A DNA stretch of 60,477 nucleotides, filler included, from Sphacelaria rigidula (lineage: Eukaryota), in the NCBI GenBank assembly GCA_964200075.2. It is 5 parts of 5 records of this genome, joined end to end, with 100 filler letters (N's around TTAATTAATTAA, not from the genome) between each part and the next. Parts side by side here need not be neighbours in the genome. Positions count along the whole stretch, not along the records: positions 12,119 to 24,135 come from CAXNAA020004226.1; 4 more parts are not named here. One strand, 5' to 3'. A program made the position numbers and the translations under genes. The notes below the pieces were generated by a model. That model ran no database searches and was not told where the DNA came from. It saw nothing but the letters and a program-made list of their open reading frames with translations. Below, piece by piece: positions 12,701 to 24,235 of this stretch. Positions within the stretch are counted from its first letter, which is position 1, and each line of letters begins with the position of its first letter.

Positions 12701-13917
12701 TTAAGTAGATCAAGTAGATGATGGCATGATTCCGTGAAAAAAACAAAAACGGTGGTTTCGTCACAAAAATCGGCGGAAAACTCCTCAAATTGGCTGCGCG
12801 TAGAGCTTCTGTGTGACACCGCTGCGCCCCGGTAGTCCAACAGCTACAGGAGACTCCAGTTACGGAGGTCACGAGTTCCAATCCCAACATGACCTGATTT
12901 TTGTTCAATCCGGTTTTCGTCTTTGGGTAATGTTTTACACAGAACGTCCTTGGTTCAGTTAAAAAAGGTGACTTCCGTACTTTCGCACGAGCTTCTGCCC
13001 CCCAAATGCGTGAAACTGGTCTTTCTCGCCTTGGGGTGGGTGGGGTTTTCCTCGAAGGCCTATCTGGAACACTCTTCCGCTTCCCTGGACGCTCAGGTGC
13101 AAAAAATCACCATCGAGGATTGCATCGAGGAAAAGCGTTGCAGCCCAGTCCCCGTTGAAAACTTGTGTCTGTGGTCGTTGTATTTGACAGTCGGCTCGGA
13201 GGTCCTCCCCCATGATGGAGCTGCTGACTAACTTGATGCCATCTCGTAGCAATCCCAGTGCACTCTCGACTGCGCGTGTCAAGTTTGTCATACGAAATGA
13301 GACACACCCAGTATTCAATGCAGTACAATAACGTCATCACCAAAACTGCGCCAATCGAACAGCGGCGGAGCCGTGCACAACGAGATTGGTCCACAGATCA
13401 CAACGATATGCATACGTCGGGCTAATTCCGGAGACTCGAACTTGTGTACTCAGGGGTTCTACGTTTCACGACTGATCCAGCTCGTAGACAGGGTTATTCC
13501 TGTCCATGGTATGGGGGCGGTATTTTGGAAGTTTAGGTGTACAGACTAGGCATACTTCGTGTGTGACGATGCGAAAACATTGAGAGTATTTTGGATGGTA
13601 CGACAGGTGGGTTTCAAAAACAGGTTCAGTGACGCCAGGCGCTGATAACGCGGTTTGCGTTGAAACGGTGGATACCCGCATTGCGCTTGTTTTTTAATCA
13701 ACATCTGGCCTGCTGTATGATGACAAATATAGGGGGTAGTTATAACACGGGCACGCAGGCAGCAGCGGGTCCTGCCAGTCGTGTCACACGTCTTCGCACG
13801 GTTGTGGTTCGACGCTGAAAGAAACACAGCTAAAAAGTACCGTTTACCCTCCATTATATATCTGAGTGTTCGGAGCTCAACGTTTCCGCTCCAAGTCGCT
13901 CGAGAGCCCTAGGTTAA

Positions 13918-14015
13918 TCCCTTGGCCGCAAGGGTAGTCTATCTGGATCATGCATACTTTTTTCAAGTGAAATTGAAGCCGATTCAACAGATGACCTATG
14001 TCCCACGCTGAAGGG
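13918..14015 (-). mobile_element. 98-bp TTAA-flanked MITE (piggyBac-like), copy 1
   Basis: TTAA at 13914-13917 and 14016-14019; ends AAGGG|TTAA; body matches the reverse complement of 44637-44734. Confidence 0.75.
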
Positions 14016-16601
14016 TTAAGCTCCTCTCGCGTGAAGAGTGGGTTCTGCCACGGACCCTCGTTGGCATACCTGGCAAGGGGACAACGTCCCCTCTTAGACA
14101 GGATCAAAACTTCCGGAATGTGTGCGCTGACAACCTGGCAGCCACGAGGGTGGTTGTGGTGGTATTCTTCCATACCCTGGACAAGAGAATCCACAGGCAA
14201 AAAGTTTCTTGCGTACAGTATCGACTATTGGGCCTATTGCAACAGACAAAAGATTCCATACTGTACGCAGTACATTTTTGACAACAGCGTCTTCTGTTTA
14301 GGGTGTGGTATTCTTTTCCCGGTACGAACTCAGAGAATGATCGTGTTGGGTCTGTACGTGGATGTTTTGGTGATTGACCAACTTCCACTTCGCCGAGGTA
14401 ATCAGTAGCATTTTGCTATCTGACAAAAGTGACACGTGACGCAAATGTACTTCCACACTAGACACAGTCAGTGCCAGTGCTCGTATGCACAAAGTGGCGG
14501 CCCCCGCTCCGGAAACACAGAACCAATTTAGCCATAAATTCCCGGACCGGGGCAGGTTTTGCGTAGCAACCGCTTGCGATTTGTGCAGTGACGGTCGTCC
14601 TTCGCCATGCTGATAGTGCGCACCTCTCTTCCCAGGATGGTTTATTCTCTTGGCTCAATACAACTGATACTGTGGAACATGACAGCTTCCACTCATCTTG
14701 ATCCACCTGTGCGTAATCCAAGTAACTGCCTCGGCTAGTCGAAGCTCAAGTAGCTTGCCTCACCCGTACTCAGTTCAAGCAACCTGCTTCAGCTAGTTTG
14801 ACATGAAAAGTAACATGGTTCACCTTGGCTTAGTCCAAGTAACTTGCCTCCGCCAATGTAAGATCAAGTTACTCGTTTTGTATATGAGTTAGGTTGTAAA
14901 TAGTTTATATGGGAGTTAGTATTGTATATCTTTACTCCTTCCAGGGCCGAAATTGAAGGGAAAAAAAATGTGGGTCTGGTGGCATTTTGTTCTCCTACTC
15001 CTGCTTCGTTGAGACCGTTTCTTGTCAAGTTTTTCTTCGGTCAAAAAAGTGCGGCGGTTAAAAAATATATATATTTAAACGTCCGCGCGATTCTTGTAAT
15101 CAGATGGCGTCAAGTGCTGTTGATGATTATTCGCGCGCGACCGGCAGGCTGAGAACAGAAAGCTTGGCTTTTTCGATCGAAACGTGCGGCGGGAAATAAC
15201 GAAGGAGCGCTTGACTCCTATCTTTCAGATCACCACTTCAAGTACCACCCTTTCACAAAACCGTGCAAACTCCACACATCTCGTCAGCTACCCACGCAAG
15301 CCTGCAGTAATGGGGAACCGACATTATCAGCCTCTTGGCATGGTGTGTTTATTTTTTATTGGCGAAAACTTGAGCGTCTTATTTATTCTATGGTGGGGGT
15401 CGTCGACGGAATTGCGCCGTCGGGTGGGTGGGCGCCCGACTTGCGTACACACTCATAGACAATACGGAAACTAGTACTTGATTATTATATACTGCTTGTA
15501 CTGATAACAAATGAGCAAGTCCCGTTTCACGAGTTCCACCGTCTTTTTTCTAATCGAAACCGCGCAAAACGAACGAATTCGATCAGGAACATTTTGGTAG
15601 GGCAAGGCCTGAGATTTTTTTATTCCTCGAACACAACGCCCCATAATAAACGGTGCATGAGAAATCTCTGCGAAAGTGTCAGAAAAAAATTCAAAGTGAC
15701 TTTCTTCGAAGAACAAAATAACCGTTTGCACGTAATGTCCACCAACTTTCAACTGCTGTCCGTTCGTTGCTGGCGACGGGCAACACACAGGGCCCGAAGA
15801 GGGCTGAGGTGACCAGTTTGATAGTTCTAATTGGCGAAGGGATCCACTAGAATATAAAGGTTCCCCTACAAATCGCCCAGGGAAAACAAAACGTGGAAGC
15901 TATCTGGGAACCACACTATCTGGGTATGAAGTGTCACCCACGAGGTCTACGCAGGCTAGACACGACGACGACTGCGCTATGAAAATTAATGTTAGGCAAA
16001 TCATAGTACTCGGTCACGAAATCGATTGCGAATTCGATTTTTTTTTTTTTGCGAAGACGCGTCCTTAGGGAGCGCACTGTCTGCAGCACACCAACTGTGA
16101 AAATAAAATCTTATTGCCTGTACTAGAGGAGCCGTGCTGTGCACAGGACATCTCTTGTTGATTGGGTCAAACACTGCACCCAATCGCAACGGGCGGAACG
16201 AAGTAGGTGTAGTGGACAGGCTAAGCCTCTCGGGCAACGACGGTAGGCTAACTATAGAAAGACTCGAACGTGTATAAGCTAGCGGCTTGCGTCCAGTGAA
16301 ATCATGACCTCTGACACAATCAGACTTCGCTTGCCCAAGAAGAATAGAGCCATAGATCTTGTGACTGCCGGGTTGCCTCATTGCATCCATGGCCTAACAT
16401 GGCACGAAACTGGAGCAATTTCCGTGCTGGATCGCGGGTCGCCAGAACATGGGGAAATGTGTGTTCCCACGAACGAAAACAGCTTAGTGTCACGTGTTGC
16501 TCACTTTGTACTGTAAGTCTTCACCGAACGAGGCGCAATTCCAGGGCAATGGATGTGAAGAAGCAAGACGTGGTCAAAATATCGATGGCTCTACTCCGAA
16601 G

Positions 16602-16654
16602 ATGAAAATAAAAATGGTTGTGTCGGCGGCCATGATGGTGCTGGGTGCAAGCTG
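16602..16654 (+). CDS. Possible first (signal-peptide) exon of the aspartic protease
   Basis: ATG followed by MKIKMVVSAAMMVLGAS and a GTACGT donor; the link to the downstream exons is not established. Confidence 0.25.
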
Positions 16655-17863
16655 GTACGTAGCTTGTTCATATCGAGGTTATCTGATACAATTTGATTTT
16701 CCTGGCCGACTCAGCTTGTGTGCTACCTCGCTTGCTCTCTGCTGCAGTGTGTTGTTGTCTGCACTGAACGATGCCGTTGCCCCATGTTTCAAGAATGGCG
16801 GCATTGAATTGTACCACGTGGCATGTGCAAGCGGGGCATGTGTGATGCAAGCGGCTTCTCTTTGCCGTTTCGCGAGTTTCGTAAATCCGTTTTTCGTTCG
16901 CCATAGGAGTTAATCTTCTCAGCGGGTGGAGGTTCTTGTAACGTGTGGAAAATCCCTGAGCACTTGCAACGGCATTCTGCCCTGCTGACGGCATGCATTG
17001 TACATAGCCGCTAGGAGGCCGCGTGTGCGCTAAAACGATTTCTCCAATGTTGGCGAAAAGACTGCAGCAGACTAGAATGGTTGAGCAGGCGGGAACTGCC
17101 TACATTCTCAAGATGCAGTTCTGTAGCAGACCGAGGTCGCCTCTCCCTCCCAACTCTCAAGGTCACGAGCTCCCACTAGCGCAAAATGGGTTTGTGACGG
17201 AGAAGCGCTCACCGCTACGGTTCCATGCGCGCCCCTGTTATGCTCAGCTTGTTGTGACCGTCCCGCTCAGTTGGTTGCGGGGTGTGGCGAGTACATCTCC
17301 GCAGAGTCCGGACACGAAATCAAAACATCACCATACCTCAGACGCGCGGCCTCCTACAGCACGACCCCCCACCAAGTACGCGATCGTGGCCACTGTGTTG
17401 TACTGTTGAGGGTTTCGGTATCCCTGAGACGGCAATGCGGCTGGCCGCGACTTATTCAAAAGTATCTATGACGCGAGGTACACGTTTATACGTTCAACAG
17501 CGCTTTCTTGGTGGGCGTTTGTCTCTTCACTATAGAGGACCATCCCGAAGTCTCATCGGAAAAACAGAAGCAACAGCGGCCAACGGGCGTATGGGCGAAG
17601 CAACCGTTTTTGAGTCTCATACTTGCTGATACGAAACTTCGGGACTCGAGATGGTCGCACGAATTGTTGCGCAGCAAAATACCCGAAAGTATTCCTCGTC
17701 ACCGGGTTCGGACATGAAATTTTAACGACCTCCACATTCCGAGAGTTGGGAAGCCTTTTTTACCCTGGTGCCATACGTCATCCAACAAGCCTCACTGATC
17801 GCTGATCTTTCGACCGTGCGCTGTGCATTTGCCATTGGGCATTGGGATGCAACGCGTCGACAG

Positions 17864-17990
17864 GTGACGAGTACAAGCTGTACAGAGGACTGCGACGGTT
17901 ACCGCAAGTATGACTCCACCATGTCCTCGTCCTACGTGGAAGATGGCTCAGAGGTCAGATTGGGGTACGAAGATGGCTCAGAGGCCAAAG
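17864..17990 (+). CDS. Pepsin-like aspartic protease (peptidase A1), exon
   Basis: AG|...|GT; VTSTSCTEDCDGYRKYDSTMSSSYVEDGSEVRLGYEDGSEAKG corresponds to the pepsin C-x-C/KYDxxxSSTY/flap YxDGS region; ends in phase 1. Confidence 0.85.
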
Positions 17991-18678
17991 GTGCGTTTGA
18001 CTACTGTTGTGACTGATCCACGCCGGGTATCGTGACCAAAGTATCGACACTGCGTTGATGCACATGCTATTGCTGGTGTTTGCCCGTTCTTTGCTTTTGC
18101 TTATGCTGGTGCTCATACTCATGCTTGTTTTGACACCTCCTTGTCGCCCTCTTACATTGGATTCAACAAAGAGGAAACACTATCCTTGGGTTTTGACGTT
18201 AAAATAAAACCATGAAATCGTGCAAGACTGCTCGGCACGCAGGTAATAAAACACGTTGATAGCATGGCGATGATATTCCCGTAGTGTTGAATTTGTTGGA
18301 TGCCGCAACGCTGTGCCTGTGAGCAATTTCAAAAAGCGCATGTCTGTCTCGTGTGTTGGTGTTGTATACTTGCTACATGCTGCACACGTTACGTGGCGCA
18401 CCGTCCACGTGATGCGTATACTGCCTCGCGCTCAGGCAGATGTATATGCAGTTACACGTGCACAAGCGAGCCGCTGTTCGCCTAGCAATACGCCACAATA
18501 TGACAGTACCGCAATGTGCAAAATATGTCCGAATCCCTGCACCCATTGTGCACTCCCATTCCCCCAACACCGGCCCTTGTCACCCCAAGCAGCACAGAAC
18601 GTCCTGCCATCCCACGTGTCTGTATTGAAAGACATGTTGGTGTACCCCGTGCTGCGTGTACTTGTGTGTGGTGGGCAG

Positions 18679-18845
18679 GTGTCCTATCAAGCGACACGCT
18701 TCATGTGGGGGGTCTGACGACGACCGTCACTTTCGCAGAGATGGAGAAGCGCTCCCTGGGCGGCTGCAACTCGGTTGATGGGATCATGGGCATGGGGCTA
18801 GCGGCGGAGGGTGATCGTCAAAGCGCCTTCGAGGACCTTGTCGAG
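18679..18845 (+). CDS. Aspartic protease, exon
   Basis: GVLSSDTLHVGG...TFAE...VDGIMGMGL contains the DGILGLG psi-loop; phase 1 to 0. Confidence 0.9.
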
Positions 18846-19784
18846 GTAGAAATACTGTAGTTACTTCTTCCCTTCGCTACCGTTCTCAATATGCGTGTGT
18901 TGCGGCGAGGGGTTGAGGTCATATCAGCGGGGAGCACTACGACACGTTTATTGTTTTGCAACATGTACTCGAGCTATGTTTGGTCGTTGTGCGGGCACTT
19001 TACATTGTGGTCCCGTGGTACCCGCGTACACACGGCTAGTCGATTGGCGACCTTCAGCCAGAGTGTGGCGTCGTCGTTGTTGCAGTTTGGAGCCTTGCTA
19101 TGAAGAGGATACTGGGCACGCCATCTCTTACGGGATAGATCATATCCGGCGACGCCTTTTAGCGTACCACGACTTGGCCATCCCACGGCACATGGAGTCC
19201 GTACTTGCAGGGTTTGTCGTGTTGGATGACGGTGGGCTGCGGGCAGATTCGCTCCGGCAGCGGCCCACTCGTGAGAAACGAGGTTGTACGAAAATGAGGG
19301 TTGCAGTGTTTTTAGTTAAGCACGTGTTCAGCCTCGACGATGAGCGCTACACTAAGTCCGATATAGGAGGCTATGATCAACCTCTGCATCAAACAAAAAA
19401 GCCTAGACTGAGCCTGATTTTCAGTTCCTCGTGAGCGGACCGCTACTCAACAGCAGCTCGTGCACGATTTCGCGATTCTCTTGATTATGTGTCCACGTCT
19501 CCGAAACGTGGCTGCTTCCTTTGAGCTAAACAGAAGATGGCTAGACCTTGTGGCTATTGGGGTAATGAGGCTGGCTCATCAGTGCTTGCTCGAAAATCGT
19601 GGTAGTTGGTACCCTGGAGCTCGTGACTTCGCTGCATGCGAAGTCCATCGTGTGTGTGCACAAGGAATGCCGCAGGGGAGTAACGTGAAACTGATGATTT
19701 CCCATTGTTGCGGGAAGTCCGATCGTGTTGTAGGACTCGAATGACTCTGCTCGTGCCTATATATTTTTTTTCGCGTGTTCGTAG

Positions 19785-19893
19785 GCTGACGTGGTGGATA
19801 ACCCAGTGTTTTCCTTCTTCATGGGCAACATCGATACCGACGCAAAAACGGGCGTATTGACACTGGGTGGCGTGAACGAGACCCACTACGAAG
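19785..19893 (+). CDS. Aspartic protease, exon
   Basis: ADVVDNPVFSFFMG...GVLTLGGVNETHYE; AG/GT boundaries; phase 0 to 1. Confidence 0.9.
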
Positions 19894-20599
19894 GTATGTT
19901 GCCGCGACTCACACGGTGCGTTTTCTTGGCGTTCAATTCGGAGACAGTAACCACGAATGTTGGCGAAAGACGTTACAGCCCCTTTGACATTCATGGCACA
20001 AAACTCCAGGTCTTGACTTCGAATCTTGACCCTTCCTACACTGAAGCCGAGAAGGAGCAAATAGGGCTACGCTTATCTTTTCATTTTATTCTGGCTTGCC
20101 GTGTGTGTGCGAAGCAAGACATCTCTTTTGTTTGGGTACGCTGTTTGATATACTCGCAACAGCAAGTCAAAACAGGAGCATGATTCGACTCGAAATTGGG
20201 AATTCCCAATAACCTCTACAACGTTGATGGATGTTGGTTTCTTGACGGTTAAACCTTTTCTGATAGTGGTATTACTTGGTACATGTATATCAATGGGTGT
20301 TCGTGGTTTATACTCCGGAGCATCTTGAAATATGGCCAGGTGTAGATAAGTTTTGTTTTTGCAACTACACCCTTGTGTTGCGGAATATCTGAAAGCGTGT
20401 CTGTGAGCTCTACTCGCGAATCACGGTTATGCATTGAACAGCTCATCTGCGCTCATCTGCATCACACCCGAGTCCCTGTGAAATCCGACTCAGCACATGG
20501 CGTTCCCACACTTGAAGACAGGAGCAAGCACTGCACCACTCAGACACGTTGCTGAACCCGTCTTCCTTGCCGACATGCTTGGGTTTTCCATGTTTGCAG

Positions 20600-20841
20600 A
20601 CTGCCTAACTTGGGTCGGCATCCTGCGTGACCCCCAGCTTGAGGGATACTGGGGAGTGGTGCTGAAGAACGTCAAGTTGGGCGGAGACAGCGTCATGGAC
20701 CAGTCAGCAGCGGCGCTTATCGACACGGGTACGTCCATGATCGTGGGTCCCTTCGAGGACGTTGGCGCCATTGCTGCTGAGATAGGCGCGCTTTGTATCC
20801 GATTCATCGGGGAAACTACCTTGGATCCTGAAATGGAGGAG
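20600..20841 (+). CDS. Aspartic protease, exon carrying the C-lobe catalytic DTG motif
   Basis: LTWV...GYWGVVL...ALIDTGTSMIVGP; phase 1 to 0. Confidence 0.93.
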
Positions 20842-20971
20842 GTGAGACTTGCGCAGCAGTCGGCACTTCATTCGGCGATTGTTGTTCGTTTGGTTGTATT
20901 CATGACCGTGGTAGTGGTGATGGAATCCTAACTGTCTAACCTCCTCGTGGTGCCGGGTGGGACATGCGCAG

Positions 20972-21079
20972 GTGGACTGCGCAATGGAATCTGACGAAAT
21001 TGAGTTGGTTGTGATGGAGTGCTCGGCGGAGTTTCCGGACATCAGCTTCAACTTTGAAGGGAATTACTTCTCGCTTACG
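20972..21079 (+). CDS. Aspartic protease, exon
   Basis: VDC...CSAEFPDISFNFEGNYFSLT; 108 nt, phase 0-0. Confidence 0.88.
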
Positions 21080-21400
21080 GTGAGCACTGCGTCCGGACGA
21101 CTCATGTTCTCATGCACGTGTTTATTTTCTGAAGGCAGGGGCGGGAAACACGTGGCTCTCTTGGTGACGACAGCCTTAAACGCTCTTGTTTTTTTTTGTT
21201 GAGATTGACGTACAGCGGTTTCGTCGTGGAAGGAGCTTGCGCGGTGCTTTTAGGCTGTGATGATTCGAATCCTAACATGATGAGTAGCCAGTGCTTCGAT
21301 TCGCCCTCCTTTCCCCACTCCCGACAGGCCGCTGTGCTTGCTCACTGGTCCTCACATTCTTTTCTTTTTCTCGCTGGTGTTTTTACTGGTCTTGCGGCAG

Positions 21401-21534
21401 GCAAACGACCTGCTGCTGCCTCTGTCTGACTTTTCCAGTCCCAGTTCTTCCGATACCGAATCCGACACCGACTTGAGTACTCCGGACGATCCGTGGTGTT
21501 TGTTTGGCATGATGGGCCACGGCACCAGCATCTG
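21401..21534 (+). CDS. Aspartic protease, exon
   Basis: ANDLLLP...WCLFGMMGHGTSI(W); GTGAGT donor; phase 0 to 2. Confidence 0.88.
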
Positions 21535-21932
21535 GTGAGTGGCGGTTGGCCTTGTCGAAGTGCAGTGCCTACCTGCTCACTTTGATGTGCGTCGTCGTTT
21601 GTGTCTGTTGGTATGTCTTTCCCTGTGGGTGGGTATTTGCTCTGCGTATTCGGGTCTATCTGGCATGCTCTCACTTGGCGGCAAGCCACGGTTGAGCACT
21701 TACGGCCCTTGATGGAAAAGACTACCATGTGTGTGTGAAAAGACAAGAGCTGCAAGCCTTCGATACGGCATGTCCAAAATGCAAGTGCTCTCCTGGAGGC
21801 TGCAAAATCGTCGAAAATATACCCTGCAGGGGTTTGTGCCAAACCACAGGCTTGATATTTATTTCGCCCGCCCCTGTTCCTGTCTGGGTTCCCTCGTCGG
21901 TACTACGATACTCACGTTGACCGCCTTCCCAG

Positions 21933-22887
21933 GATCCTCGGCGACTCTTTCCTACGCACCTTTTACACAGCATTTAACGTGAGGGACAAACAGATTGGTT
22001 TCGCGAAGTCCACCAGCAAGCGCACCGGCGAACTTTGCGCGTCGGACGCCGACTTGTTCACGGTGTCGGATACCTCCCCTGCCCCTGTCGATGCCACTGG
22101 TAGCCCTGCCTCGCCATCTCCGGCGCCAACCTCAAGCACCAACCCGCAGACGGATGCACCACAGTCCGAAAAGGCGGAGGAAATCGTAGAGACCCCTACC
22201 CCCGCGCCGAAGGAAACCGATTCGCCGAAGGAAATTGAAGAGCCCACAACGGAGCCCACGCCGGCACCGAGCAAGCCCGTCGGAGATATGGCGTTGAATC
22301 CCGACAACAATGGAATGGAAACCAGCACAAGCCCCACAGATGAAGAGGACGGGGATGACAGCAGTGACAAAAACCAGGCGATGAGCATCGTGACTGTCGC
22401 GTCCGCGGCGACTCTCGGCATCTTTTTGATAGCCGGGGTGTGCGCAGGGGCGGTGGTACTGACACGAAGACACAGCACGCGACACCGCCACACCAAGCTT
22501 GGACTGGATCACAACGGCTCTATGGAGATGGCGAACGGCGGCGGCTCCAGCAGGGGGTTGAGGTCAGGGGGGTCCATGACGTCGGTGACCGGCGCAGAAG
22601 ACGACTTCTTACAGGCTGGCCCCGGAGGTTACCGCTCGAGTGGGTCCGGCTCCCACATGTACCGCGTAGCCGAGAACGGTGCGAATTCAGGGGGAAGAGG
22701 TAACGGGGTCCTGGCTTCGGCGGATGATGAGGAAGGGGATGACGAAGTGGAGGTAGACTTTGGGTCGGGCTCCGGGGCGGGGATGGAGGCGCGGAGACCT
22801 GCGGGATTGGGGAGATTATTCGGTCCCGGGCGGGCTGGATTTGCTGCGTTTGACGACAGCTCGGAATCCATGATGGGAACTAGATAA
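21933..22887 (+). CDS. Aspartic protease, last exon: end of protease domain, S/T/P/E-rich stalk, TM helix and cytosolic tail
   Basis: WILGDSFLRTFYTAFNVRDKQIGFA is the pepsin C-terminal signature; hydrophobic IVTVASAATLGIFLIAGVCAGAVVL followed by TRRHSTRHRH; TAG ends at 22887. Confidence 0.92.
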
Positions 22888-23739
22888 GGGAGAAGAATTG
22901 AGGACGCCTGAGAAGTAGTTCTGCTGATCCTCGGCATGCCGGAGGTCGGTATCGGGGACGTGCGTGGCCGAATTCTGCTGGTTGGTGCTTTCTCTGCTTT
23001 CTTGGTCTACAAGGCGCGAAAGCTCGCCGGTTTGGGGAGAGAAGGAAGAAGGGGTTGCCCCATGTGTGTGTACGATGTGGGTTTCATTTTTTTTAATTAC
23101 CCTGATGAGTATATGCGTGTTGCATCTCTCAAGCTAGGCACCTTTTCCGTGCACCATTAGGCGGTGTGTGTTGGCGTCTGTGTACTTAAGGATACCGTGT
23201 TGTGTTGTGTTGGATGTTCTGCCGTTTGTATCGTCGACGCTGATGAAATACTAATTTGAGTGAGTGAAATGTCAAGTGGAACGCAGGGTTCGTCGTAACC
23301 GCGATTATGTGCCGCGTTATAGGATAAATAGTTTGAACGTCTGTGTACATGTAGAGGGCTATATTTTGGAGTTGTGGCGATTGATGCGCGGGAACATGCG
23401 CGGCACAGTTGGGCAGCAGCGAGTTGGAGTCGCCTTCATGTAGGCTATTTGCGCGATATGATTACATGTTACAACCTTTTCGCTAGTTTCAGTGACTGGC
23501 TCTTGACAGTGATTTTTGTGGTTGCTCTAACTTGACCAGTTCTTCCCCTATTCTTTTGTTGTTGCGCGAAACTATGTTGTGTGCTTACAGTCACATCTCC
23601 ATATCCTACTCGGGTGTATCGGAGGTCACGGGCGCAATCTACTACAGAAACCTTTGTAAGACTTGAAGGGGCACTTGACAGTGAAATTGTTTGGACATTA
23701 ATTGACCATTTCCGGACATCTTGAGTTCTGCATTCCTGC

Positions 23740-24075
23740 TCATTGTGTGTTGTGTGTATGTTGTCGTGCCATCTGTTGTGGACGCCGGGCTACACCTTTC
23801 GGTATGTGTGGGCGCCCCAGCCGGGGTCACACAGGAGGAAGGCCAACACAGGAGCTTTTTTATTTTTTATTTGTTTTTGGTACCCCATCTTTCTTCTGCG
23901 GTGCTCGCCTTTTTACTTTTTATCGCGAGAGGGGTTCAGCAGTCCCCTTCCCTCGTCGACCGTTATGTCAAACTTTGTGTACCCACGACAAAGTCGCTCT
24001 CCACTGTTGGGCATGGTGTAAAAAAAAATCCAAGATCGCTCCGAGTATTGAACCCACGACCCAACCGTCCACGGT
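23740..24075 (-). mobile_element. tRNA-derived SINE, near-complete copy with decayed head
   Basis: Reverse complement matches 46155-46329 plus 46927-47112; CA-rich tail. Confidence 0.8.
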
Positions 24076-24135
24076 TAGGACATCTCATCACGACTCAGAA
24101 TCACCAAATTCACGATTTCTTCGGCCTGATTGCCC

Positions 24136-24235
24136 NNNNNNNNNNNNNNNNNNNNNNNNNNNNNNNNNNNNNNNNNNNNTTAATTAATTAANNNNNNNNN
24201 NNNNNNNNNNNNNNNNNNNNNNNNNNNNNNNNNNN
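24136..24235. other. Artificial contig linker
   Basis: Same 100-bp N/TTAATTAATTAA/N spacer. Confidence 0.97.

Noticed and set aside
17590..17660. FLSLILADTKLRDSRW as a degenerate first catalytic motif of the protease
   Set aside because: No splice donor in a phase compatible with the exon at 17864
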